A DNA stretch of 64,000 nt from an uncultured Verrucomicrobiae bacterium (GCA_963719495.1 CAVRCI010000004.1:224001-288000), one strand, 5' to 3'; numbered from the stretch's first letter, positions 23,021-33,625 are shown. A program made the numbers and translations. Notes: a model not told the origin generated them from the sequence alone.

Positions 23021-23788
23021 TTAGCGGATGATTCCTCTTTGGCTGTTGTCGATGAAGTCGAGGAGGGTGGTGAGTTCTTCGGGTGGGTTCTCGAAGGCTC
23101 TGAGGATCTCGACGCTTTGGCGGACGTTGGCGTTCGTGCGGTAGAGCTGCTTGTAGGCTTCGCGGAGGGCGCGGGTGGTCTCGGGCGGGAAGCCGCGGCG
23201 TTCCATGCCGACCTGGTTGATGCCGCGGACCTCGGCGGGGTTGCCGTCGGCGATCATGAAGGGGGGGACGTCCTGGACGATTTTCGTGCAGCCGCCGGTG
23301 ATGGAATGGCGCCCGATGCGGCAGAATTGGTGGACCCCGGAGAGGCCGCCGATGACAGCGTAATCCTCGACGATGACGTGGCCGGCGAGGGTGCCGTTGT
23401 TGGAGAAAATGACGTGGTCGCCGACGGTGCAGTCGTGGGCGACGTGGGAGTAGGCGAGAAAGTTGCCGTGGCTGCCGATGATTGTCTTCGAGCCGGGGGC
23501 GGTGCCGCGGTTGAGGGTGCAGAATTCGCGGAAGGAATTGTGGTCGCCGATCTCGAGGTGGGTCGGCTCCTCGCTGTATTTGAGGTCCTGGCTGCGCTGG
23601 CCGACGGAGCAGAACGGGAAGATGACGTTGTGCGCGCCGATGGTCGTTGGGCCGGCGATGCTGACGTGATTGTGAATCGTGCAGTTCGGGCCGATCCTGA
23701 CGTGCGGGCCGACGTGGGTGAAGGGGCCGATGGTGGTGGTTGGATCGACCTCGGCGGTTGGGTCGATGATGGCGGTTGGGTGGATCAC
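23021..23788 (-). CDS. lpxA: UDP-N-acetylglucosamine acyltransferase
   Basis: IHPTAII hexapeptide repeats, QDLKY, SHVAHDC, HQFCRIG; GTG start. Confidence 0.96.
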   Translation of the reverse strand: MIHPTAIIDPTAEVDPTTTIGPFTHVGPHVRIGPNCTIHNHVSIAGPTTIGAHNVIFPFCSVGQRSQDLKYSEEPTHLEIGDHNSFREFCTLNRGTAPGSKTIIGSHGNFLAYSHVAHDCTVGDHVIFSNNGTLAGHVIVEDYAVIGGLSGVHQFCRIGRHSITGGCTKIVQDVPPFMIADGNPAEVRGINQVGMERRGFPPETTRALREAYKQLYRTNANVRQSVEILRAFENPPEELTTLLDFIDNSQRGIIR

Positions 23789-23834
23789 TTCAGGGAGAAT
23801 GCGGAATTTGAAATGCTGAATGTGAAATGGTTTG

Positions 23835-23883
23835 AGGCTTCGCCTTTTGGTTGGTTCGGCGATTGCAAATCGCCGCTCCTTGA
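23835..23883. repeat. REP family A copy
   Basis: GGTTGGTTCGGCGATTGCAAATCGCCGCTCCTTGAA; also at 27310-27346, 37322-37372 and degenerate near 9225-9251. Confidence 0.85.
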
Positions 23884-23889
23884 ATCGTG

Positions 23890-25191
23890 CTATCGATCGA
23901 CGATGCCGAAGAGGAGGGTTCCGGAACTCACGACGGCTCCGTTTACCAGGCATTTGCAGTCGGCTTTGCCGAGGCGGCGTTTAGCGGTGGTGAGGTTGAC
24001 GTCGATGAAGAGGACGTCGCCGGGGATGACGGGCTTGCGGAATTTCACGTCGTCGGCGCTCATGAAGTAGCCGATTTTGCCTTCGTTTTCGGTGCGGCGC
24101 ATCATGACGATGCTGGCGACCTGGGCCATGGCCTCGACCTGAAGGACGCCGGGCATGACGGGGTGGCCGGGGAAGTGGCCCTGGAAATACGGTTCGTTGA
24201 TGGTGACGGATTTCGTGCCGACGGCGCGGAGTTCTTCGAGTTCGACGATGCGGTCGACCATGAGGAACGGGTAGCGGTGCGGGAGGATCGCCATGATCTG
24301 GTTGATGTCGAGGACGCCGCCGTGGGCGATGATGGGGCGGGCGGCGGGGGCGGTGAGTTCGCCGAATTTTTTGACCATCGCGCGGGCGAGGTCGGCGTTG
24401 GGTCCGTGGCCGGGTTTGACGGCGACGATGTGGCCCTGGAGGCGGCGTCCGGCGAGGGCGAGGTCGCCGATGATGTCGAGGATCTTGTGGCGGACGAATT
24501 CGTCGGGGTAGCGGAGCGGCTCCTTGCTGAGGACGGAGTCGCCGCGGGCGACGATGGCGTTTTCGAGGCTGCCGCCGCGGATGAGGCCTTTGTCCATGAG
24601 GGGCTTGACGTCCTCGTAGAAGACGAAGGTGCGGGCGGCGGCAATGTCGGTCTCGTAGATTTCGGGGGTGATTTCGGTGCTGAAATACTGGGTGAAGCGA
24701 CCGTCGGGGCCGACCTGGGTGCAGGAAATGCGGAATTTTTCGTCGGGGAGAATCGTGAGGATCGAGCCGTTCTTGGTTTCGACGTGAATGGGTTCCCGGG
24801 GGGCGAAGGTGTGGCGGGGGGCGTCCTGCTCGACGGTGCCGGCTTCCTTGATGAGACGGACGAATTCCCCGGCGCTGCCGTCGGCGATGGGCGGCTCGTT
24901 GGCGTCCATGTCGACGAGGCAGTTGTCGACTCCCATGCCGGCGAGGGCTGAGAGGACGTGCTCGACGGTGTGGATCTTCGCGTTGCCTTGAATGAGGGTC
25001 GTGGCGCGCTCGACGAATTTGACGTTGGCAACCTTGGCGTCGACGATTGGTTGGTCGGGCAGGTCGATGCGGCGGAATTTGTAGCCATGCCCGGCGGGGG
25101 CGGGCTGGAGGGTGAGGGTGACGTTCTCTCCGGTGTGGAGAGAGCCGCCGGTGAGGCTGGCTGGGGCGGCGAGAGTGCGTTGTTTTTCCAC
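23890..25191 (-). CDS. lpxC/fabZ: bifunctional LpxC/FabZ
   Basis: KQRTL, HTVEHVLSAL, HKILDIIGDL (LpxC); LPHRYPFLMVD, GHFPGHPVMPGVL (FabZ). Confidence 0.96.
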   Translation of the reverse strand: MEKQRTLAAPASLTGGSLHTGENVTLTLQPAPAGHGYKFRRIDLPDQPIVDAKVANVKFVERATTLIQGNAKIHTVEHVLSALAGMGVDNCLVDMDANEPPIADGSAGEFVRLIKEAGTVEQDAPRHTFAPREPIHVETKNGSILTILPDEKFRISCTQVGPDGRFTQYFSTEITPEIYETDIAAARTFVFYEDVKPLMDKGLIRGGSLENAIVARGDSVLSKEPLRYPDEFVRHKILDIIGDLALAGRRLQGHIVAVKPGHGPNADLARAMVKKFGELTAPAARPIIAHGGVLDINQIMAILPHRYPFLMVDRIVELEELRAVGTKSVTINEPYFQGHFPGHPVMPGVLQVEAMAQVASIVMMRRTENEGKIGYFMSADDVKFRKPVIPGDVLFIDVNLTTAKRRLGKADCKCLVNGAVVSSGTLLFGIVDR

Positions 25192-25228
25192 GGAATCCTT
25201 GGGTTGGCGAACGGTCCCGACGGGACTT

Positions 25229-25741
25229 TTACCCTTCGGAAGCAGAGGATTCTTTGTGACCGAGGAGGATGAGGTCGAGATATTTCTGGTTGCCGGCTCG
25301 GAGGCGGTTGACCAGGGAGCGTCCGATGGCGGCGAGGAGGTGGATGGCGGCTCCGGGTTTCGTGCCGGCGAGGACGCCGAGGACCATGCGGCTGATGCGG
25401 AGCGTCCGGGTGGCTTCGAGGGCCACGACGGAAGCGGAACGCGGACCATCGTCGACGAGGGCGAGCTCGCCGAAGAAGTCGCCGTCGGTGAGCTCGGCCA
25501 GATCGACGTCGCGGTCCTGACCGGAGTATTGGACCTTCACGCGGCCGCTCACGAGGACATACATGCAGTGGCCGCACTCTTCGCCCTGCTGGACGATGGT
25601 CTCGCCGGCTTGGTAGTCGACGCTGTCGCTGAGGCTGAGGACGGCGCTGAGTTCGTCCTCCTTGAAGCCGGCGAAGAGCCGAAATTTCGAGAGAACCTGG
25701 CTTTCGCAGGAGAGTTGGCTGGGTGGATTGGAATCAGGCAT
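25229..25741 (-). CDS. stand-alone cyclic nucleotide-binding domain protein
   Basis: [19 protein letters not shown]; no HTH visible. Confidence 0.85.
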   Translation of the reverse strand: MPDSNPPSQLSCESQVLSKFRLFAGFKEDELSAVLSLSDSVDYQAGETIVQQGEECGHCMYVLVSGRVKVQYSGQDRDVDLAELTDGDFFGELALVDDGPRSASVVALEATRTLRISRMVLGVLAGTKPGAAIHLLAAIGRSLVNRLRAGNQKYLDLILLGHKESSASEG

Positions 25742-26402
25742 GGACGATGCGGCCGTCGAGCAGCTCGATGCGGCGAGGGGCCAGGTTGGCGACCTCTTCG
25801 CTGTGGGTGACCATAACCATCGTGGCGAGGTTTTTGGAAGCGATCTTTGTGAGGGTGTCGAGGACGCGGTGGGCATTCGCGGTGTCGAGATTGCCCGTGG
25901 GTTCGTCGGCGAGGAGGAGGGTGGGACGGTGAACGAGGGCGCGGGCGATGGCGGCGCGTTGCATTTCGCCGCCGCTGAGCTGGTGGGGGAAATGACCGGA
26001 CCGGGGGGCGAGTCCGACGAGGTCGAGGAGGTCGGCGGCTCGGTCGCGCATCTCGGCCCGGGGCGCGCCTTGGAGGAGGAGGGGGAGCTCGACGTTCTCG
26101 GCGATGGTCATGGCCGGGAGAAGGTTGAAGAATTGGAAAATGATCCCGAGGTGGTGGCGGCGGTAGTGGGTGAGATCGGCTTCGGTGGCGCGGTGCAGGG
26201 CGACGTCCCCGACGGTGACCTCGCCGGAGTCGGGATGGTCGAGGCCGCCGAGGAGGTTGAGCAGGGTGCTCTTGCCGCAGCCGCTGGGACCGGTGACGGC
26301 GATGAATTCGCGGTCGGCGAGGGTGACGCTGATGTGGTCGAGCGCCCGGACCTCGGTGGTGCCGGTGCGGTAGGTTCGAGTGACCTCGGATAGCTTGACC
26401 AT
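25734..26402 (-). CDS. ABC transporter ATP-binding protein (LolD/MacB-like)
   Basis: [28 protein letters not shown]. Confidence 0.93.
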   Translation of the reverse strand: MVKLSEVTRTYRTGTTEVRALDHISVTLADREFIAVTGPSGCGKSTLLNLLGGLDHPDSGEVTVGDVALHRATEADLTHYRRHHLGIIFQFFNLLPAMTIAENVELPLLLQGAPRAEMRDRAADLLDLVGLAPRSGHFPHQLSGGEMQRAAIARALVHRPTLLLADEPTGNLDTANAHRVLDTLTKIASKNLATMVMVTHSEEVANLAPRRIELLDGRIVHA

Positions 26403-26412
26403 GATGTTTTTG

Positions 26413-26545
26413 ACCGCGGAGAGCGCTGAGGATGCTAAGGATACGGGTGAGGTGAGGTTTGAACCGCAGATTTCGCTGATGGCGCGGATACACAAATGCT
26501 GGTGAAGTGATTTCCTATCCGCGTCATCCGCGTAATCTGCGGTGA
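26413..26545. repeat. 9-nt-period REP-like repeats (inverted pair)
   Basis: ACCGCAGATTTCGCTGATGGCGCGGAT / ATCCGCGTCATCCGCGTAATCTGCGGT. Confidence 0.65.
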
Positions 26546-26548
26546 GGA

Positions 26549-27286
26549 ATGGTTTTCGGGAAGTTTACGATTGTCGACGAGACGGAGGAACTGCTCGTGG
26601 TGGATAAAGAGGCGGGTGTGCTCATTCATCCGACGAAGCCGGGTGGGCCGCGAACGTTGTGGGACGACGCCCGGGATTTGCTGGCCTACGAGATCGCGAA
26701 CGGGGGGCAGGTCTCCATCATCAATCGGTTGGACCGGGAGACGAGTGGGTTGGTGTTGTTGGCGAAAAACTCGGCGGCGGCCCGGGAGGCGGCCATGGCG
26801 ATGGCGGCGGGATGGGTGCGGAAGGAGTATCTGGCGCTCGTTTTCGGGTGGCCGGATTGGGAGCGGGTGGTGGTGGACGCGCCTTTGCTGCGGGTCGGTG
26901 AGGTGGCGAAATCGCGGATTTATTTGAAGCGCGGGGTGCATCCGGATGGGGCGGAGGCTCGGACGGAGTTCGAGGTGGTCGAGCGGGCGGAGTGGCCGGG
27001 CGGGCGGCGGGTGACGCTGGTCCGGGCGCGGCCGATGACCGGGCGGACGCACCAGATTCGCGTGCATCTGGCGCACGCGGGATTCCCGGTGGTCGGGGAC
27101 AAGATCTACGGGCCGGACGAGGGGTGGTATCTCCGATTTATCGCGGGCGGCTGGACGCCGGAGATGGCGGTCGCGCTCTGGCTGCCACGGCACGCGCTGC
27201 ATTCGGCGGGGCTGGCGGTGACGTGGCGGGGGGAGGAGCGGCGGTGGGTGAGCGCGCGGGTGGGGGTGGGGGCGGACGGGTGGTGA
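26549..27286 (+). CDS. RluA-family pseudouridine synthase
   Basis: VVDKEAG, NRLDRETSG, TGRTHQIRVH, GDKIYG. Confidence 0.92.
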   Translation: MVFGKFTIVDETEELLVVDKEAGVLIHPTKPGGPRTLWDDARDLLAYEIANGGQVSIINRLDRETSGLVLLAKNSAAAREAAMAMAAGWVRKEYLALVFGWPDWERVVVDAPLLRVGEVAKSRIYLKRGVHPDGAEARTEFEVVERAEWPGGRRVTLVRARPMTGRTHQIRVHLAHAGFPVVGDKIYGPDEGWYLRFIAGGWTPEMAVALWLPRHALHSAGLAVTWRGEERRWVSARVGVGADGW

Positions 27287-27353
27287 GGGGAAAATGAGCC
27301 TCTGGCTATGGGTTGGTTCGGCGATTACAAATCGCCGCTCCTTGAACCCCGGT

Positions 27354-27977
27354 CTACGGGCGTTTGCCGCGCCGTTCGTTGGCGATGCCTCTCGCGATGG
27401 CGTCGGCGATGCGCTGGCGACCGCGGCCACTTTGGGCGGCGGCGTTGTCGTTGGGACTGGAGAGGAAGGCGCATTCGACGAGGACGGATGGGCGGTTGTT
27501 CTTTCTCAGAACGTAGAACCCGCGCTCCTTCACGCCGCGGTTCTTGGTGTCGTAGGCCTTGAGGAGTTCCTTTTGGATGTTGGCCGCCAGGCGTTCCGAG
27601 CGGCTGGAGTAGTAGTAGGTCTCGATGCCTTGGGCCGAGCGGTAGGGCGCGTAGTTGTAGTGGACGCTCACGAAGATGGTGTTGCGCGTGGAATTCGAGA
27701 TCTTGGTGCGGCCGCTCAGGGAAATGAATTCGTCGGAGTCGCGGACCATGATGACCTTGAATCCGCGCCACCAGAGGGCGTTGCGCAGGCGTTTGGCGGT
27801 GTCGAGGGCGACGTCTTTCTCGTATTTGCCGCTGACCGGGCGGGCTCCGCGGTCGTGACCACCGTGCCCGGCGTCGACGATGACGGTGTCGAAATCCCCG
27901 GCGCCCTGGAGGCCGGCGCAGCCCGACAAAACCGCGGCTATCGGCGCGAAGGCGAGCATTGGTAAAAGGGATCTCAT
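27354..27977 (-). CDS. N-acetylmuramoyl-L-alanine amidase (Amidase_3), probable lipoprotein
   Basis: [28 protein letters not shown] lipobox. Confidence 0.9.
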   Translation of the reverse strand: MRSLLPMLAFAPIAAVLSGCAGLQGAGDFDTVIVDAGHGGHDRGARPVSGKYEKDVALDTAKRLRNALWWRGFKVIMVRDSDEFISLSGRTKISNSTRNTIFVSVHYNYAPYRSAQGIETYYYSSRSERLAANIQKELLKAYDTKNRGVKERGFYVLRKNNRPSVLVECAFLSSPNDNAAAQSGRGRQRIADAIARGIANERRGKRP

Positions 27978-28075
27978 GGACGGACGGAATGCGATGGCCG
28001 GAGCGTAGTGGCGAGGTCGGTCAACGCAACTATTTTGGACTCGATTTCGACGGGTCGGGGGGCAGGGTGGGGTGG

Positions 28076-28861
28076 ATGCTTGGTAAACGTGTGATTCCGT
28101 GCCTGGACGTGACGGGTGGACGGGTCGTGAAGGGAACGAAATTTCTCGATCTGCGCGACGCCGGTGATCCGGTCGAATGTGCGAAGGCGTACGATGCGCA
28201 GGGCGCGGACGAGCTGGTTTTTTTGGACATCACGGCGTCGAGCGACGCGCGGGCGACGATGGTGGACGTGGTGGAGCGGACGGCGGAGGAGTGTTTCATG
28301 CCGCTGACCGTTGGGGGAGGAATCCGCGTGGTGGAGGACGTTCGGACGATGCTTTTGGCCGGAGCGGACAAGGTGAGCATGAACACGGCGGCCATCAACG
28401 ATCCTTCGTTCGTCGCGCGAGCGGCGGACTTGTTCGGGTCGCAGTGCATCGTGGTGGCGATCGACGCGAAGCGGAACGCGGACGGGTCGGGGTGGACGGT
28501 CTACACGCACGGGGGGCGGAACGCGACGGAGCTCGACGCGGTGGCGTGGGCGGCGGAGGTGGCGCGGCTTGGGGCGGGGGAAATTCTGCTGACCAGCATG
28601 GACAAGGACGGCACGGGCGGTGGTTACGACCTGGGACTCACGCGGGCGGTGAGCGAGGCGGTGGCGGTGCCGGTGATCGCGAGCGGCGGGGCGGGATCGA
28701 TCGATCACCTGGTGGAGGTGCTGGGAGAGGGGCAGGCCGACGCCGTGCTGGCGGCGACGATTTTTCACTTCGGGGAATTCACCGTCGGGGACGTAAAACG
28801 GGCGCTGGCCGGGCGGGGGATCGCGGTGCGGGCCACGGATCATCCTGAAAAGGAAGGTTAG
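28076..28861 (+). CDS. hisF: imidazole glycerol phosphate synthase cyclase subunit
   Basis: [32 protein letters not shown]. Confidence 0.97.
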   Translation: MLGKRVIPCLDVTGGRVVKGTKFLDLRDAGDPVECAKAYDAQGADELVFLDITASSDARATMVDVVERTAEECFMPLTVGGGIRVVEDVRTMLLAGADKVSMNTAAINDPSFVARAADLFGSQCIVVAIDAKRNADGSGWTVYTHGGRNATELDAVAWAAEVARLGAGEILLTSMDKDGTGGGYDLGLTRAVSEAVAVPVIASGGAGSIDHLVEVLGEGQADAVLAATIFHFGEFTVGDVKRALAGRGIAVRATDHPEKEG

Positions 28862-29078
28862 ACAGGATTAACGGGATGATCGGGAACGACTGAGGAGGTA
28901 GGAATCGATCACCCGCTGAGTGAGCGCGGATGTTGTTCCAAGTCACTGAAATCCAATCCTTTCGATCTTGTAAATCCTGTCCATTCCCGGATTTAGGATC
29001 ATGGTGGATGAGAAATTCGCGCCACAGGTGGACGCGGATCGACCCGGATCGCGCGCCGCACACGCCAACGATTTTCAC

Positions 29079-30565
29079 TGTCGGGGCCTGTTCAAAAGTG
29101 AACGGAGACTGTTCAAAAGCGGAATGAGAGACTGTTCAAAAGTGGATTGGGGGTTTTGGGGCGTTGTATTGGGAGACGCGGGAAGCGCCTCGGAGGAGGC
29201 CGGAGCGTAGCGGAGGCTGACGGAGAGGCGCTTCCCGCGTGCGCGCCTGCTCCCCGGCCCCAGTGCCCCAAGGATACCAGCCGTTGGGGTGAAGCGTTTG
29301 TGGAACGCGCTGGCTTGCGCGCTCGCCTGGTCGATTATCCCGGATTGAAAAGAAGCAGATTACCCACCGTCTCCCGCCAGATTTTGTCCGTCGCACACTT
29401 GCAGATTTCAATGCAGGACTTCTCGATGCCAGCAATGCCGCAAGCCAGTTAGGCATCGGCAAAACCAGGCTCTATGAACTCCGCACGGCCTACCTCGCAA
29501 ATCGTAATTCCTACGCCCCGGCTGCCAGCGGGGGCGCTCGTCGCGCCGACTGGCCGCCCGAAGTTGAACGCTTTCTCCAAGAGTTTCTGCCGCTTCAGAA
29601 CCCACCCAATTACCAGTTAGTCGCCGACGAACTTGAGCGACTCTGCGGATTCGTTCGGGCGCGCTCGGTCGTCGAGACCCACGTCAAAGCGCGCTACGCC
29701 CATCTGGTGCCCTCGCCGACCCGCAAGCCTCGCGTTTATCGGCGCTTCCGTCGCGCTCGCATCGGCGAACTTTGGCAGCACGACAGTTCGATCCACCAAT
29801 GGTGGCCCGCCGCCGCTAAACAGACTTTACTGCTCACCGTCGACGACCATTCGGGCCTGAATCTAGCAGGTCGCTTCGTGGAATCCGATACCACTTGGAA
29901 CCATTTCGGACATTTCCGCGAATCCTTCGAGACCTGGGGCCTGCCGCAGATCGTTTACACTGATGGCCTCAGCCTCTTCGGGCCAAGTTCCAGCGGCGAT
30001 CACTGCGATCCTAAGAGTGAATTCCAACGCGCCCTCCGCGGACTCGGCGTCGCTCACTTAGTGGCACCGACCCCACAAGCTAAGGGTAAGATCGAGCGCC
30101 GTTTCGGGATTTTCCAGAGACGGCTCGTCACACTACTTGCCCATGCCAGCGCCAAAACTTGGCCCCAGGCCGACGAAATTCTTCAGATGGAGATTGCCAG
30201 GCAGAACCGTACCGTCAATCGCTCCACCGGCAAGGTCCCGCTCCATCTGTGGGAAGCGCAGTCGCTTGGCGACAGCGGGCGCATGCGCCCCATCCCGCCT
30301 TCCGCGCTCCTAGACTTACACCTCTCAATCCGCTGCTCCCGCCGGGTGAACAATGACCACACCATCGACTTCGATGGCTCCAACTACGAGATCTCCAACA
30401 CCCAGCGCAAGAGCGTCACCATCGTCCACCATCCCGGAAGCCGTTTCTGGGTCGTCGAACACCCTCCCAAAACCGTCTGGCCCCCCATTCTAGGCCACTT
30501 CAGCCTCTAAAATCGCTGTTCGCTTTTGAACAGGCGAGAATTCCGCTTTTGAACAGTCGCCGACA
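29079..30565 (+). mobile_element. insertion sequence, IS1202-like (IS481-related), 1487 bp
   Basis: TGTCGG...CCGACA TIRs with iterated CTGTTCAAAAG boxes (3 left, 2 right); 16-bp DR CGCCAACGATTTTCAC at 29063-29078 and 30566-30581. Confidence 0.9.
29344..30510 (+). CDS. DDE transposase (start uncertain)
   Basis: Frame open from 29293; HTH-like AASQLGIGKTRLYEL; WQHDSS, YTDG, PQAKGKIERRF. Confidence 0.85.
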   Translation: MEKKQITHRLPPDFVRRTLADFNAGLLDASNAASQLGIGKTRLYELRTAYLANRNSYAPAASGGARRADWPPEVERFLQEFLPLQNPPNYQLVADELERLCGFVRARSVVETHVKARYAHLVPSPTRKPRVYRRFRRARIGELWQHDSSIHQWWPAAAKQTLLLTVDDHSGLNLAGRFVESDTTWNHFGHFRESFETWGLPQIVYTDGLSLFGPSSSGDHCDPKSEFQRALRGLGVAHLVAPTPQAKGKIERRFGIFQRRLVTLLAHASAKTWPQADEILQMEIARQNRTVNRSTGKVPLHLWEAQSLGDSGRMRPIPPSALLDLHLSIRCSRRVNNDHTIDFDGSNYEISNTQRKSVTIVHHPGSRFWVVEHPPKTVWPPILGHFSL

Positions 30566-30621
30566 CGCCAACGATTTTCACTTGCATTTTGCCGTAAGGA
30601 TGCGCATACACCATCGCACTC

Positions 30622-31089
30622 GTGTCCCAGATCAATCTCGATTTCAGTGCCGATGGCATTCTCACCCTGCTGCGCAGTCAGGGGCTCCGGGTCACTCGGA
30701 GTCGGAAGGGGATCATGCTGGCGCTTTTCTCGGCGAAACGCCCTCTTTCGCTGACCGAAATTCAGGAAAGCGCGCTCTCCGAAGGCGGAATGTTGCCGGA
30801 TTACGCGACGGTCTTTCGGATGATCACGCTGCTTGAAAACATGAAGCTCGTTCACAAGGTGAACTTGCAGCGCTCGTGCAGCTACTACGAATTGACCAAT
30901 CCGTCGCAGCACTACGACCACATCATTTGCACGGATTGCGGCAGCGTTCAGGCGCTGACGATCCCCTGTCCGGTGACCGACGTCGAGGCGTTGATCGAGA
31001 ACGAACTTCGCTTCACCGGCGTGCACCATTCGCTGGAATTCTTCGGTCGCTGCGCCGACTGTTCGGCGAAGACCGAAGCGGCGGCCTGA
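30622..31089 (+). CDS. Fur-family transcriptional regulator
   Basis: GLRVTRSR, ATVFR, HYDHIICTDCG, FFGRCADC. Confidence 0.9.
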   Translation: MSQINLDFSADGILTLLRSQGLRVTRSRKGIMLALFSAKRPLSLTEIQESALSEGGMLPDYATVFRMITLLENMKLVHKVNLQRSCSYYELTNPSQHYDHIICTDCGSVQALTIPCPVTDVEALIENELRFTGVHHSLEFFGRCADCSAKTEAAA

Positions 31090-31194
31090 TCCCGGGCTCG
31101 GTGGTTTTCTTTCGCTGGCTCGGCCGAGCCTTGCGGGATGCTGGGGCCGGGGTCGGCAGCTTGACCCACGGGGGGCGGATGGTATGGCTAGGGG

Positions 31195-33618
31195 ATGAGG
31201 CTGGCGTTGGCGGGGTGTTGTTTGGCTCTGGGGGGAATCGCCGGGGGCCTGGCGCTGCAGGCCGGGGAGATCGAGGATCTGGTCTTCAGTTCGCGCGTGG
31301 CCCGGGACGAGGGGATTCCCCAGGGGCGGGTGGCGGCTTTGAAAGCGGTGCTGTCGACCGATCTCGGCGTCGGGGATCGTCGGTCGGTCGCGGTGGAGCT
31401 GGCGCGTTGTTTATTGGAAGCCGACCGCGAGGAGGAGGCGGTCGAGCTGCTCGACGATGGCGAGTTGCTGGGTGGGACCGAGGTGAAATTCTGGCTGGCG
31501 CAATCGCTGGCGCAGACCCGGGAATTCGAGCGGGCGCTGGGACTCTACGCCGAGGTCGCGGCGGTCGAGGGGTATGCCCGGGTCGGTGAGGCCTCGCTCG
31601 GCAAGGCGCGAATGCTCGAGGCCACGGGTCGGCTGCCGGAGGCATTGATCGCGCTCGGGCAGGTGCCGAAGGAGAGTCGGGTGATCCATCCGGCTCGGCT
31701 GAGCGCGGCGGCGCTGCTGATCGACGCGGGCGGTCTCGCGCAGGCCTCGCTGGCGTTGGAAAGCATCCGCGATCCGAATCGGCGGGATGGTGAGGAGAAG
31801 GCGTATCTGCGGGCGCGAATCCAGTTGGGCGAGGGGAAATCGGACGAAGCGCTGGCTTCCTACGTGGCCCTCGAGCCGCGCAATCGGCGGCTTTCGGCGG
31901 GGGTCGCACTCGGGAAAGCCGAGGCTCGGTTGCGAATGGGGGACGTGGTCGCGGCCGAGCGGGGACTGGAGAGCTTCATTCGAGAGAATCCCCGGGGGCC
32001 ACTGCTCACTGAGCTGATGGCCAAATTGGACGAGATCTACGGGGCGTCGAGCGATCCGGTGAACGCCGAGCTCAAGCGCTTCGAGGAGGACGAGAGCGCG
32101 CCGCTCGTGGCTTTGGCGACCTATTACCTCGCCCGCAACGACGAGCGGCAGGGGAAGTCGGATCGGGCGGAGAAAACGTATCGCGAGTTCCTGGCCCGGC
32201 ATCCGAATCACGCACTCCGGGGCGAAGCGACGATCCGGTTGGCGAGTCTGTTGCTGGATGGCGGCAGGTTGGAGGGCGCGGTGCGGATCCTTGCCGACGC
32301 GGAAGGCGTGCCCTTCGACGCCGCCGAATCGGCCCGGCTCGCCTATCTGCGCGGCGCGACTAATTTCCGGGCAGGCAACTTTGCCGCGGCCGCCGGATTC
32401 TATCGGACCGCGGCGGAGGGGCCGGGATGGCTGCGCGAGGCGGCGTTGGCGAATGCGGCTCTGTCGGCGGGATACGCTCCGGGCGGCGGGATGGCTGATT
32501 TGATTGCGCTGCGCGAGGTCGATCCGCTGGGCGCGGAGCGCATCGAGCTGGCCGTCGCCCTCGACGCCGAAGGGGCAAGCCGCGGTCGGACTCTGCAGAC
32601 GCTGCGAAGGTTGAGCCGCGAGGCGACCAATCCGGCGGTTCGCAATCGGGCCGGCCTGGGCATCGCGGAATGGAACTGGGTGAGCGGGGATCGCGAGCGG
32701 GCGCGGTCGAACTTTCAGAAAATTGCAAACGGCAACGGCAACGGCGGCGAGCAGGCCGATTACTTCACGATCTACACGGCGGACGACGGGACACCCGCGG
32801 GTGGTGAGGAATCGAGAGCGGCGGCTGAGCGTTTCGTGGCGGACTACCCCGAGTCCGAACACCTCGCGGAAGCGCGAATGAAGTGGGGCGAGATCCTGGC
32901 GCGGACCGGGGATTTTCGCGGGGCTCGGGGTCAATTCGAGCGGGCGGCCGAGCTGGCGCGGTCTGATGCCGGCCGGGCTGGGGCGTTGTTTCTGGCGGCG
33001 CGGTCGGCGGCGCAATTGATCGATCCGGCGATGCTGGAGCAGGCCGTCGAATTGTTCGAGCGGGTGCGCCAGATCGGGGGACCGCTGGCGGTGCGGGCCC
33101 TGCTGGAGCAGGCGTTGTTGTTCAACGCGCTCGACCGGAGCGAGGAGGCGTTGGGGCTGCTCGATCAGGTGGCGGGGACGACGAGTGATCCGCGCCTGCG
33201 GATCGCGGCCCGGCTCAAGCAGGGCGACACGTTGAGCGGAATGGCCGGCGAAGGTGGGGAGCGCGCCCGGGAGGCGATCGAGGTGTGGCGTGCCGTCGCG
33301 GGAGCACCGGATGCCTCGGCCTCCGAGCGGAACGAAGCGCTGGCCAAGGCGGCGTCGGTGAGCGAGCGGCTGGGGGACATCGACGCGGCGCTGGCCGGCT
33401 ACTACGAAGTGCTGAATTCGCCGCGGGACGACGAGCCGGAGTTCTTCTGGTATTATCGGGCGGGATTCGATGCGGCGAGGTTGCTCGGGGAGCGGGATCA
33501 ACTCGACGAGGCAAGCGCGATCTACGAGAAGATGGCGGCGACCGAGGGGCCGCGTTCGGTCGAAGCCGCGGATCTCGTAAAGCGCTTGCGGCTGGAGAAC
33601 TTTATCTGGGACAACTAG
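31195..33618 (+). CDS. exported TPR-repeat protein
   Basis: Signal peptide; repeated helical units such as YREFLARHPNH and FVADYPES. Confidence 0.8.
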   Translation: MRLALAGCCLALGGIAGGLALQAGEIEDLVFSSRVARDEGIPQGRVAALKAVLSTDLGVGDRRSVAVELARCLLEADREEEAVELLDDGELLGGTEVKFWLAQSLAQTREFERALGLYAEVAAVEGYARVGEASLGKARMLEATGRLPEALIALGQVPKESRVIHPARLSAAALLIDAGGLAQASLALESIRDPNRRDGEEKAYLRARIQLGEGKSDEALASYVALEPRNRRLSAGVALGKAEARLRMGDVVAAERGLESFIRENPRGPLLTELMAKLDEIYGASSDPVNAELKRFEEDESAPLVALATYYLARNDERQGKSDRAEKTYREFLARHPNHALRGEATIRLASLLLDGGRLEGAVRILADAEGVPFDAAESARLAYLRGATNFRAGNFAAAAGFYRTAAEGPGWLREAALANAALSAGYAPGGGMADLIALREVDPLGAERIELAVALDAEGASRGRTLQTLRRLSREATNPAVRNRAGLGIAEWNWVSGDRERARSNFQKIANGNGNGGEQADYFTIYTADDGTPAGGEESRAAAERFVADYPESEHLAEARMKWGEILARTGDFRGARGQFERAAELARSDAGRAGALFLAARSAAQLIDPAMLEQAVELFERVRQIGGPLAVRALLEQALLFNALDRSEEALGLLDQVAGTTSDPRLRIAARLKQGDTLSGMAGEGGERAREAIEVWRAVAGAPDASASERNEALAKAASVSERLGDIDAALAGYYEVLNSPRDDEPEFFWYYRAGFDAARLLGERDQLDEASAIYEKMAATEGPRSVEAADLVKRLRLENFIWDN

Positions 33619-33625
33619 CGGTCTC

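Noticed and set aside
23890..25191. LpxC-FabZ fusion as novel
   Set aside because: Well-known bifunctional enzyme, for example in Bacteroidota
29089..29145. Three CTGTTCAAAAG repeats as a mini-CRISPR or iterons
   Set aside because: They are mirrored at the right end of the IS, so they are transposase-binding repeats
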